Below are positions 17,980 through 26,513 of a DNA stretch of 64,000 nucleotides, in pieces; the first letter of the stretch is position 1, and every line of letters starts with the position of its first letter. The position numbers and the translations under genes were made by a program. Below the pieces are notes generated by a model. The model made no database searches. It was given only the letters and a program-made list of their open reading frames with translations, and was not told the DNA's origin. This stretch comes from SAR202 cluster bacterium (GTDB taxonomy: Bacteria > Chloroflexota > Dehalococcoidia > Lucifugimonadales > GCA-2712585), in the NCBI GenBank assembly GCA_016872285.1, contig VGZZ01000009.1, positions 820-64,819 on the forward strand, given 5' to 3'.

Positions 17980-19340
17980 TAGGCCTCCTTTTTCGAGTCG
18001 CTTCCTTTAGATTTAACGTCCCGCCACTTATTCAGGCGCTCCTGTGCTTCACCTTCCGCGCCCTGGCCGCTGGGCGTGTAGTAGCGGCGGCCCTTAAGGG
18101 ATGGCGGGAGATGCTCCTGGGCGGCGAAGTGGCCTTCATACTCGTGGGCATACTTGTACTCCTTGCCGTACCCCATTCTGCGCATCAAGCGAGTCACGGC
18201 GTTCCGCAGATGGAGGGGGACAGGCTCATTGCGGGTCTTCTGCACGTCCTCCATGGCGGCGTTGAGGGCGGCGTAGGCGGAGTTGCTTTTGGGACAGGTG
18301 GCGAGATAGACGGTGGCCTCGGCCAGGGGGATGCGCCCTTCGGGGAGGCCGATAAGGTGGACGGCCTGCTGGGCGGCGACGGCGATGGCCAGGGCCTGGG
18401 GGTCCGCCAGGCCGATGTCTTCGGCGGCGAGGATGATCAGGCGTCGAGCGATGAAGAGAGGGTCTTCGCCGGCCTCCAACATGCGTCCGAGCCAGTAGAG
18501 GGCGGCGTCCGGGTCGGAGCCCCGAACAGACTTTATGAAGGCGGAGATGGTGTCGTAATGCTGGTCGCCGGCGCGGTCGTAGAGGATGGCGCGGCGCTGC
18601 AGAGCGTCCTCGACGGCGGGCAGCGTCACACGGCGGGCGCCGTTCTCCGACGGCACAGCGGCCTGGGCGGCCAGCTCCAGGGTGTTCAGCGCTACGCGGG
18701 CGTCGCCGTTGGACATGTTGACCAGGAAGTCCAGAGCCTCGGCGTCTAATTCAACCCTCAAGTCGCCAAGGCCGCGTTCTGAATCGGTGAGGGCACGCTC
18801 CACCAGGGAGCGGATGTGCCGGTCGTCAAGCTGATGGAGAGTGAAGACCCGGCTGCGGGAGAGCAGGGGAGAAATGACCTCGAAAGACGGGTTCTCCGTG
18901 GTGGCGCCGATGAGGGTGATGGTGCCGTCCTCGACGTGTGGGAGAGCGACGTCCTGCTGGGACTTGTTGAATCTGTGAATCTCGTCGATGAAGAGGATGG
19001 TGCGCTGGTTGTGGAGGGAGAGGCGTTCTTTGGCTTGGGCGATGATTCGGCGCAGGTCGGCCACGCCGGAGGTGACGGCGCTGACAGGCTCGAAGTGAGA
19101 GCTGGTCAAGCCGGCGATGAGGTTGGCGAGGGTGGTCTTGCCGCTGCCGGGAGGCCCCCAGAGGACCAGGGAGGGCACCTGGTCGGCCTGGATGGCGCGG
19201 CGCAGGACCTTTCCCGGCCCCACCAGATGCTCCTGGCCTAGGAACTCATCCAGGGTGCGGGGCCGCATGCGTGCGGCCAGAGGGGCGTGTTCCTGGCGCC
19301 TCTGTTCGCCGCGCTGCTTGAAGATGTCTAGAATCTCCAA
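17979..19340 (-). CDS. rarA: Replication-associated recombination protein A (AAA ATPase)
   Basis: 453 aa: LWGPPGSGKTTLA, FIDEIHRFNK and the MgsA C-terminal domain. Confidence 0.9.
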   Translation of the reverse strand: MEILDIFKQRGEQRRQEHAPLAARMRPRTLDEFLGQEHLVGPGKVLRRAIQADQVPSLVLWGPPGSGKTTLANLIAGLTSSHFEPVSAVTSGVADLRRIIAQAKERLSLHNQRTILFIDEIHRFNKSQQDVALPHVEDGTITLIGATTENPSFEVISPLLSRSRVFTLHQLDDRHIRSLVERALTDSERGLGDLRVELDAEALDFLVNMSNGDARVALNTLELAAQAAVPSENGARRVTLPAVEDALQRRAILYDRAGDQHYDTISAFIKSVRGSDPDAALYWLGRMLEAGEDPLFIARRLIILAAEDIGLADPQALAIAVAAQQAVHLIGLPEGRIPLAEATVYLATCPKSNSAYAALNAAMEDVQKTRNEPVPLHLRNAVTRLMRRMGYGKEYKYAHEYEGHFAAQEHLPPSLKGRRYYTPSGQGAEGEAQERLNKWRDVKSKGSDSKKEA

Positions 19341-19453
19341 GGCTATTCTCCCTGGTTATACATCCAGCCAATCCAAACATGACAATTGTAGCACTTTAGG
19401 CCTGTCTTTCTTGTCGTGTTGCTCCCAGCTGGCGGTCATGCTACGGTTTAAAA

Positions 19454-20158
19454 GTGATACACACGGGTGAAACACAAGCCTCAAGGGCGCCGTGGCGCCC
19501 GCTGGACGTATTCCTGGCAATTTTGATGGCCGTAATGGGGATATTAGCCCTGGTGGGCGGGCTTTTCCTGTTGACAGGCGAAGACAACGACGAGTCGCCG
19601 GTGGCGCTGAATGGCGCGGTGGCGATCACCAGCGCATTGCTGCTGTTGAGCGCGGCGGCTTTAGGCCCGTTGAAATACAGAGTCGGCATCGGCAGCCTTG
19701 GGCTGCGACCGCCCGGCAGGTGGGGTCCGGCGCAAATAGGGCTGCCTGTGCTGGCGCTGACAGTGGTGCTGGTGCTCACGGCCCTTTATGTGCAGGCGGC
19801 GGACGCGCTGGGACTGGAGGAGCTTCAGCCGCCGGACCTGCCTTTTGACGAGTACAGTCTCTTATCAAAGATCATCACCGGGATACTGATAGTGGGCGTG
19901 GGACCGCTGGCGGAGGAGGTGTTCTTCCGGGGGTTTGTGCTGCCGGGGCTGGCGAATCGATGGGGCACGACTATGGGGGCGATTTTGAGCGCCGCGCTTT
20001 TTGCCGTGGCTCACGGCGACATCGCATTGTTCGTGCCGACATTTGCGGCAGGACTGGCCCTGGGGTGGTTGTATCTGCGGACGGGATCGCTTTTCAGTCC
20101 TTTTCTCGCCCATGCCGGCCAGAACGCCATCGCCTTCAGCGTTACTATATGGGGGTAG
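19454..20158 (+). CDS. CPBP-family intramembrane glutamic endopeptidase
   Basis: Multi-TM protein with EEVFFRGF and FAVAHG motifs. GTG start. Confidence 0.8.
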   Translation: MIHTGETQASRAPWRPLDVFLAILMAVMGILALVGGLFLLTGEDNDESPVALNGAVAITSALLLLSAAALGPLKYRVGIGSLGLRPPGRWGPAQIGLPVLALTVVLVLTALYVQAADALGLEELQPPDLPFDEYSLLSKIITGILIVGVGPLAEEVFFRGFVLPGLANRWGTTMGAILSAALFAVAHGDIALFVPTFAAGLALGWLYLRTGSLFSPFLAHAGQNAIAFSVTIWG

Positions 20159-20170
20159 GGTAACGTCACC

Positions 20171-20520
20171 CTTTGGGGTTGAGGGGCTTTGCACGGAAAG
20201 TGTATGTTGATCTCCTTCGGGGCCACCATTCCCTTTGTCCCCTTCCTCTTGACGCGTGATGCAAATTACATTCCTGGTCATAAGTGGGGCACCCTCATCA
20301 CCCTTTGTCCCTCTTCTCCCGACTACGGGAGAAGAGGGAAATAAAAATAAATTACCACAACCTCCTCTAACTCCCCCTTCGGCCTGAAAGGCGAAGGGGG
20401 AGAACCAGAGCAGCCCCCCCCCCATTGCCGCCTGCTAAATGGCTCGCAGCTTCCCATAAACAAGCATATTATGGGAGAAAAATAAGCCCGGAACTTCCTT
20501 TAATGTCCATCATACGTTCT
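20171..20520 (+). repeat. Mosaic intergenic repeat, copy F (a truncated left unit followed by a full unit)
   Basis: ctttggggttgaggggctttgcacgg..ccaccattccctttgtccccttcctcttg is followed by gtgatgcaaattacattcctggtcataagtgg, then an H1 identical to copy A, then H2 at 20371-20402 with its core inverted, then the R1 arm. Confidence 0.85.
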
Positions 20521-20965
20521 TCGCGAAGGGGAAAGAAAAAGGCCACTATACCCCCCTCCTTCGGTCAGGCTCCCCGACAAGTCGAGGGCAGGCAGGACGC
20601 TCCGATGGATCGGGCCGATCCTCCTACGGCGGACTGCCCCCTCTTTGAATAAATATCAAGGATGCGGAGACTCCGCGCTAAATGCTCAGTTAAGGTGGCA
20701 GAGCGTCTAACTGCCTCTTCATCCCTCAGGGGATACTCGGGACAGGTGCGATTCCATCGGACTCCGCTCCGATTATCATCGGGGTCTTGCGATTGAACAA
20801 AGATTAATGTGCTCGACACTGTATGTCAGTTTGGGGCGGAGCATTTCCAGGCCGAAGGGGGAGAACCAGATGGGAGCAGGCCCAAAGGTCCCCGCCGAAA
20901 TGTTACGCCTCGTATCTATTTCCGGACCAGGGGTACACTGAGTTTTCGTGCAAAGCTGGGGGTGA
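20521..20965 (+). repeat. Mosaic intergenic repeat, copy G (interrupted by ~260 bp of unrelated sequence; carries right arm R2)
   Basis: gaaggggaaagaaaaaggccactatacccccctccttcggtcaggctc.. then an insert (about 20575-20845) then ..tttccaggccgaagggggagaacc, plus a 93-nt R2 (20866-20958) that is 82/93 identical to 44277-44369. Confidence 0.75.
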
Positions 20966-21031
20966 GGGAGGCTAAGGCCTCAGCGCGGGCATGCTGTGAT
21001 ATACTGCTGTCATTTGGCGCCGAATTCAGTC

Positions 21032-21853
21032 ATGTCCGCCGACCGTATCAAAGAGAAATTCGACAGCATAAAGGCCGAGAAAAGAACCGGTCTTATTCTA
21101 TACCTAACCACGGGTTTTCCAGACCTGGCGGCTAGCCGGACTCTTGTGCCCGCCCTGGCTGAAGCTGGCGCCGACGCTATTGAGCTGGGCGTGCCTTTCA
21201 GCGACCCACTGGCTGATGGCGCGACTATACAGGCTTCCAGCTTTCAAGCGCTTAAGCAGGGTGTCACCTTGCAAGACTGTTTGGATCTGGCGGCAGGACT
21301 CAGGCCAAAGGTCCCGGACACGCCGTTAATTCTTATGGGATATTACAATCCTATCTATAGATATGGCCTTGAGAGGTTCTGCAAGAGGGCCCGGGAGGCA
21401 ACGGTGGATGGGATAATTGTGCCCGACTTGCCGGTGGAAGAAGCGGGGCCGCTGCTGGAGGAGTGCAGGCGTCACAAGATACATCTTATCCCCCTCCTGG
21501 CTCCCACCAGCACAGAGGCGCGGATAGAGCAGGCGTGCGCCACAGCGTCGGGTTTTATTTACTGCGTCAGCGTGACCGGCGTGACGGGGTCACGGGAGGC
21601 GGTGCCGGCCGACATGCACAGCCTGGTGTCGAGGGTGAGGAGACACACGCCGCTGCCGTTGGCGGTAGGGTTCGGGATATCGAAGCGGGAGCATATGGAG
21701 GCGGTGGGGCGGTCGGCGGACGCGGCGATAGTCGGCAGCGCGCTGATTAAGACAATTCAGGAGGCGTCCAGGGACAAGATGCTGGATAGGGCGTCGCGTT
21801 TTGTGAGGGAGCTGCGGGGCCTGGAACCCGCGCTGCCACAGGGCGGCGAGTGA
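21032..21853 (+). CDS. trpA: Tryptophan synthase alpha chain
   Basis: MSADRIKEKF..LILYLTTGFPD..GADAIELGVPFSDPLADGATIQ. I chose the ATG at 21032. Confidence 0.9.
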   Translation: MSADRIKEKFDSIKAEKRTGLILYLTTGFPDLAASRTLVPALAEAGADAIELGVPFSDPLADGATIQASSFQALKQGVTLQDCLDLAAGLRPKVPDTPLILMGYYNPIYRYGLERFCKRAREATVDGIIVPDLPVEEAGPLLEECRRHKIHLIPLLAPTSTEARIEQACATASGFIYCVSVTGVTGSREAVPADMHSLVSRVRRHTPLPLAVGFGISKREHMEAVGRSADAAIVGSALIKTIQEASRDKMLDRASRFVRELRGLEPALPQGGE

Positions 21854-22227
21854 TGGCAGGGTGCTGGGCTATTCGAGGCGCGACGACAGCGGAGGCGAAC
21901 ACCAAAGAGTCAATCCTTTCCTCCACCAAGGAGCTGCTGCAAACGATTGTCAAAGAGAACCGGATTGAGGCGTCGCAGATAGCGGCGGTCTGGTTCACCA
22001 CAACATCGGATTTGAATGCGGTATTCCCGGCGCTAGCCGCGCGGCAGATGGGCTGGATGAACGTTGCGCTGCTGTGCGCTCACGAGATGGCGGTGCCTGG
22101 AAGCTTGCCCCAATGTATCCGCGTCCTTATACTCGTAAACACCGACAAAAATCCTAAAGAGTTAAAATACGTTTACCTGAAGGAGGCCGTGGGCCTCCGC
22201 ACTCATGGACTAGAACCGCAGTCTTAG
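21853..22227 (+). CDS. aroH: AroH-type monofunctional chorismate mutase
   Basis: MAGCWAIRGATTAEANTKESI..WFTTTSDLNAVFPA. Its ATG overlaps the trpA TGA. Confidence 0.8.
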   Translation: MAGCWAIRGATTAEANTKESILSSTKELLQTIVKENRIEASQIAAVWFTTTSDLNAVFPALAARQMGWMNVALLCAHEMAVPGSLPQCIRVLILVNTDKNPKELKYVYLKEAVGLRTHGLEPQS

Positions 22228-22274
22228 AGACGGCGGCTGAATCGCAGACAAGCCAAATGGAATGGAGATTTTCC

Positions 22275-23306
22275 GTGATAGTGGTAATGAAGCGGGGCAG
22301 CACCCCGGAGCAAATCGAAGCTGTCAAACAGCGCATCGAATCGCATGAGGGCCTGCAGGGGCATCTGTCCGGGGGCGTGGAGCGGACGGTTATTGGAGTA
22401 GTGGGGCAGATATTCCCCGAGTTGAAAGACGAGCTGGAGCGGCTGGAAGGCGTGGCCGAGGTTGTGCGAATTTCCAAGCCTTACAAGCTATCGACTCGCG
22501 AATTCAGGCCCCACGACACCATGGTGAAGGTTGGCGACGCACTGATAGGCGGGGCCGAGCCTGTGATGATGGCAGGGCCCTGCGCGGTAGAGAGCGAGGA
22601 CCTGCTGATGGCGTGCGCCGAGCAGGTAAAGTCAGAGGGCGCTAAGATACTTCGCGGCGGCGCGTTCAAGCCTCGCACGTCGCCGTACAGCTTCCGAGGG
22701 ATGGGTGTCCAGGGCCTCAAGCTGCTGGCCAAGGCGCGGGAGAAGTACGGCCTGCCTGTGGTTACAGAGGTGATGTCTACCGAGGACGTTGGCATGGTGG
22801 CATCGTATGCAGACATGCTGCAGATAGGGACTCGCAACGCCCAGAACTTCAATCTCCTGGAGGCCGTGGGAAAGACTCGCAAGCCGGTTTTGCTGAAGCG
22901 CGGGTTCTCCTCCTCCTACGAAGAATGGCTGCTGGCTGCTGAGTATGTGCTGTCCGGCGGCAACAATCAGGTAGTGCTGTGCGAGAGGGGCATACGCACC
23001 TTTGAGCCTTTCACCCGCTTCACCGTGGATATCAGCGCCGTGCCGGTAATAAAGAAGCTGAGCCATCTGCCCGTGATTGTGGACCCGAGCCATAGCACAG
23101 GCTCCTGGGAGCTGGTCACGCCCATTTCCCTGGCGGCCATTGCCGCGGGCGCCCACGGGATTATAGTGGACGTGCATCCCAATCCGACTGTGGCCAAGTG
23201 CGACGGCGCGCAGGCATTGACCTTTGACAAGTTCCACGATATGTCGGCCAAGATAAAGGCCGTGAGCATGGCCCTGAAGCCCGCCAAGGTCAAACAGCCA
23301 GCCTAG
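22275..23306 (+). CDS. 3-deoxy-7-phosphoheptulonate (DAHP) synthase, type I-beta with an N-terminal ferredoxin-like regulatory domain
   Basis: (M)IVVMKRGSTPEQIEAV.. then AGPCAVES, KPRTSPYSFRGMG and VDPSHS. It aligns along its length with my memory of Thermotoga DAHPS. A GTG start at 22275 is likely; the track ATG at 22257 is possible. Confidence 0.85.
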   Translation: MIVVMKRGSTPEQIEAVKQRIESHEGLQGHLSGGVERTVIGVVGQIFPELKDELERLEGVAEVVRISKPYKLSTREFRPHDTMVKVGDALIGGAEPVMMAGPCAVESEDLLMACAEQVKSEGAKILRGGAFKPRTSPYSFRGMGVQGLKLLAKAREKYGLPVVTEVMSTEDVGMVASYADMLQIGTRNAQNFNLLEAVGKTRKPVLLKRGFSSSYEEWLLAAEYVLSGGNNQVVLCERGIRTFEPFTRFTVDISAVPVIKKLSHLPVIVDPSHSTGSWELVTPISLAAIAAGAHGIIVDVHPNPTVAKCDGAQALTFDKFHDMSAKIKAVSMALKPAKVKQPA

Positions 23307-23313
23307 CTAAATC

Positions 23314-24267
23314 ATGGCCTGGGCAATAGGCTTTGACCTGGGCGGCACCAACATGCGGTGCGGCCTGGTATCCGACCAGGGCGAGTTACTAGTCCACCGT
23401 ACCAGGCCGACGCTGGCGCATCGCGGCCCAGAGGCTGTGATCGCGGACATCGCCGCGCTCATACGGGAAGTCCTACAGGAGGGCGGCAGGCGGGTGGCCG
23501 GCGTCGGCATGGCGTCGCCTGGGCCGTTGAACCCCAAGACGGGAGTGGTGCTGAGGACGCCCAACCTTCGATGGAATAACGTGCCGCTGAAGGACAAGCT
23601 GGAGCAGGCGCTGGGACTGCCTACAACTGTCGACAATGACAGCCAGATGACGGCCTATGGGGAATGGTGGAAGGGGGCGGCGCAGGGTTACAGCCACGTT
23701 CTATGCTTAACCCTGGGTACGGGAGTTGGCGGCGGAGTGCTGATTAATGGCCGGATATACCACGGGTACAGTGGGTCGGCGGGACACATCGGGCACCTGA
23801 TAGTGGAGCCTGGGGGAGCGCGATGCGGCTGCGGCGCTGTGGGCTGCCTGGAGGCCTACGCGTCGGCGACAGCTATAGCCCGCCGGGCGCGGGAGCGGCT
23901 GGCGGAGGGGAGGAAGTCGGTCATCATTAGATGCGCCGGCAATTTAGAGAGCCTTACCTCTTACAATGTTTACCAGGCCGCTTTAGATGGGGACACGCTG
24001 GCGTTGGAGATATTTGCCGAGGTGGGGCATTACCTGGCGCTGGCGTTGACATCGGCCATACCGCTTTTCGACCCGCAGGTGGTGGTTATCAGCGGGCAGG
24101 CAGCTGAGGCTGGAGACTTTATTTTCAAGCCATTAAGGAAGCGACTAGGAGAGCTGCTGAAGCTGCGGCCCGCGGTGCCTGTACTACCCAGCACCTTGGG
24201 CGATGACGCCGGCATTATTGGCGCGGCGGGAGTGGTGTTTTTGGGCGGGCGTCCATCGATTGACTAG
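23314..24267 (+). CDS. ROK-family sugar kinase (glucokinase-like)
   Basis: IGFDLGGTN, LTLGTGVGGG and CGCGAVGCLEAY zinc motif. Confidence 0.85.
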   Translation: MAWAIGFDLGGTNMRCGLVSDQGELLVHRTRPTLAHRGPEAVIADIAALIREVLQEGGRRVAGVGMASPGPLNPKTGVVLRTPNLRWNNVPLKDKLEQALGLPTTVDNDSQMTAYGEWWKGAAQGYSHVLCLTLGTGVGGGVLINGRIYHGYSGSAGHIGHLIVEPGGARCGCGAVGCLEAYASATAIARRARERLAEGRKSVIIRCAGNLESLTSYNVYQAALDGDTLALEIFAEVGHYLALALTSAIPLFDPQVVVISGQAAEAGDFIFKPLRKRLGELLKLRPAVPVLPSTLGDDAGIIGAAGVVFLGGRPSID

Positions 24268-24290
24268 CGTATGACTGGAGGTGGTCGACA

Positions 24291-25790
24291 ATGACAAAGC
24301 GTACAGCGATTAAGGGCGGATGGGTGGTGGGCTGGGGCAAGAAGGGACATGAGATGCTGGAGGGCGGGTGCGTGGTGACGGAAGGGGACAGAATAGTCTT
24401 TGTTGGATTTCCTGATGACCCCGAATGCCCCAAAGCAGATAACACGATAGACGCGCGGGGCAAGATTGTTCTGCCCGGCCTTATCAACATTCATTGCGTC
24501 GCGAATATAGACATGCAGGTTCTCGGCATCGATGGACAGGCCTCGGGAGGCGGGTATAACAGGCCTGCTTCGACCATCGATCCATCCACGCCGCATATTT
24601 TCACCGACGAGGAGTTCAGGACGAGCGCCGACTTCAGCGTCGCTACGATTTTGAAGAGCGGGGCGGCTTCTTTCGGGTCGGTGGTGACGGGGGCGACGAA
24701 GAAGTGGGAGGACGAGGCGCCGGAGATGCATGCGCTGGCGGAGGCGTGCGAGAAGCTGGGGGCAAGGGCGTGGCTGGCGCACACGTACCAGGAGACATCT
24801 GACTATACCGAGCCCGATGGGACGCATCGAATAGTGTGGGACAGAAAGAAGGCTGACCAGGGGTTGCAGCACGCCATCGAATTCATAAAGTACCTGAAGG
24901 GACGCGCCGATGGCCGCATCAACGGCTTTCTCTTTCCCAAACGGACGGAGCGGTGTTCCGACGATTTGCTAAAGGAGACGCTGCGCCAGTCTAAGGGCCT
25001 GGGCGGAGTCCACGTGCGGACGCATTTCGCCCACTCGCTGCAGGAGCAGCGAAACTTTAAGGCCAAGCCTGAGAACAGCAATCGGACTATGGTGGAGTGG
25101 CTGCGAGACATCGGCTTCTTGGGGCCGCAGATATGCCTGACACATTCGATATTCATAGCCGGCCATAGCGCTACTGGCGAAGAGGCGGGGGAAGACCTGG
25201 AAATCCTGGCGCACAGTAAGACCAATGTATGCCACTGCCCGGTGGTGTATGCGCGGAGCGGTGTGTTTATGGAGTCTTTCAGCCGATACGTGGCGGCGGG
25301 GATAAATATGAGCCTGGGGACTGACACCTTTCCTACCGACCTGCTGGAGGAGATGCGAGTCGGCTCACTGGTGTGCAAGGTGGTGGACAGGAAGCGAGAG
25401 TCAGGGTTGGTGAAGGAGTTTTTCGACGCGGTGACGGTGAACCCAGCCAAGGCTTTGCGTCGGGAGGACATCGGGCGGCTAGCGGTAGGTTGCAAGGCGG
25501 ACGTGTCGATTTTCAACCTGCCAGTGATGGATGCGGGGCCAGTGGACGACCCGATGCGCAACCTAGTGCATCATGCCAACCGGCTGAACTGCGATACGGT
25601 GATGGTAGATGGGAAGGTGGTAGTGAAGGATGGACATGTGGCAGGGCTGGATGAGGAGGAGCTGGCGCACAAGACGCAGAAGCTGTGGGGGAAGTACAAG
25701 TCGGCGCTGGTTGGGTGGGACTATAAGAAGCGGCGCGCAGAGGAGGTGTTCCCGCCGACGCTGCCGGTGAGGCGAGGGCAGGGGAGGTAA
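24291..25790 (+). CDS. Amidohydrolase-superfamily protein (atypical N-terminal metal motif)
   Basis: 499 aa. PGLINIHCVAN occupies the position of the usual PGxxxxHxH. The later LTHS, CHCP and GTDTFP motifs are present. Confidence 0.7.
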   Translation: MTKRTAIKGGWVVGWGKKGHEMLEGGCVVTEGDRIVFVGFPDDPECPKADNTIDARGKIVLPGLINIHCVANIDMQVLGIDGQASGGGYNRPASTIDPSTPHIFTDEEFRTSADFSVATILKSGAASFGSVVTGATKKWEDEAPEMHALAEACEKLGARAWLAHTYQETSDYTEPDGTHRIVWDRKKADQGLQHAIEFIKYLKGRADGRINGFLFPKRTERCSDDLLKETLRQSKGLGGVHVRTHFAHSLQEQRNFKAKPENSNRTMVEWLRDIGFLGPQICLTHSIFIAGHSATGEEAGEDLEILAHSKTNVCHCPVVYARSGVFMESFSRYVAAGINMSLGTDTFPTDLLEEMRVGSLVCKVVDRKRESGLVKEFFDAVTVNPAKALRREDIGRLAVGCKADVSIFNLPVMDAGPVDDPMRNLVHHANRLNCDTVMVDGKVVVKDGHVAGLDEEELAHKTQKLWGKYKSALVGWDYKKRRAEEVFPPTLPVRRGQGR

Positions 25791-25793
25791 AGG

Positions 25794-26513
25794 CTAGCTA
25801 CCATCAAAGGCGGCTAGGACCTCTGGAAGCGCCAGGTCAGTCCATAGGGCGTATTGCTTTCCAGAAGGGTGGAGGCCGTCGCTGGCGATAAGGCTTGCGT
25901 CCTGCGCCGCTGTGCGCGATATGGGGGTTATGTCAACGTAGCGGGCACCAAGACGCAAGGTCTCATCTCGATTGATGGCGTTGAACTGGTCGATTTCACG
26001 GGCGATGAGCGTTTTGTCGCGGCTGGCGGCGAAGGGGGTGACGCCGTAGTCGGGGATGGAGAGGACGAGTACTTTGGGGGCATTGTTACCGGCCAGGGTG
26101 ACGGCTCTTTCTAACAAGGCGAGGAACTGGCCGCGGTACTCATGGGGGTTACGATTCCGGTACTGGTTGTTTACGCCAATAAGGAGGGTTACGAGGTCAT
26201 AAGGCGGCTGGAGGTTGGCGGTATCCATAGCTGTGGACAATTCGTCAGTGGTCCAGCCGGTGCGGGCGATGATTTGGGGGTCGGCCATGGGGAGGCCGCT
26301 GTCGCGGAGGCGACTCGCCAGCTGGACGGGCCATCGCTGGGAGGGGTCCACGCCTTCGCCGATGGTATAGGAGTCGCCGAGGGCGAGGATACGCAAGGAT
26401 CCGGCGGGCGTCATGGGAGCGCTATTATCTTCGGAGCCGCCGGCGCAGGCCCCGAAGAATAAGAGCGAGAGAACCGTGAGGCATAAGAATAGGGACTTAG
26501 CCTGGCTCCACAA
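25794..26513 (-). CDS. SGNH/GDSL hydrolase lipoprotein
   Basis: Lipobox FFGAC; ALGDSYTIGEG (block I) and GVNN. Confidence 0.75.
   Translation of the reverse strand: MWSQAKSLFLCLTVLSLLFFGACAGGSEDNSAPMTPAGSLRILALGDSYTIGEGVDPSQRWPVQLASRLRDSGLPMADPQIIARTGWTTDELSTAMDTANLQPPYDLVTLLIGVNNQYRNRNPHEYRGQFLALLERAVTLAGNNAPKVLVLSIPDYGVTPFAASRDKTLIAREIDQFNAINRDETLRLGARYVDITPISRTAAQDASLIASDGLHPSGKQYALWTDLALPEVLAAFDGS

Noticed and set aside
20662-20770. tRNA-like features (gctcagttaaggtggcagagc D-arm-like segment, ggtgcgattcc T-loop-like segment, gcggag../..ctccgc ends)
   Set aside because: The span is about 107 nt, no anticodon or T stem can be paired by hand, and the acceptor pairing is imperfect. At most it is a decayed fragment.
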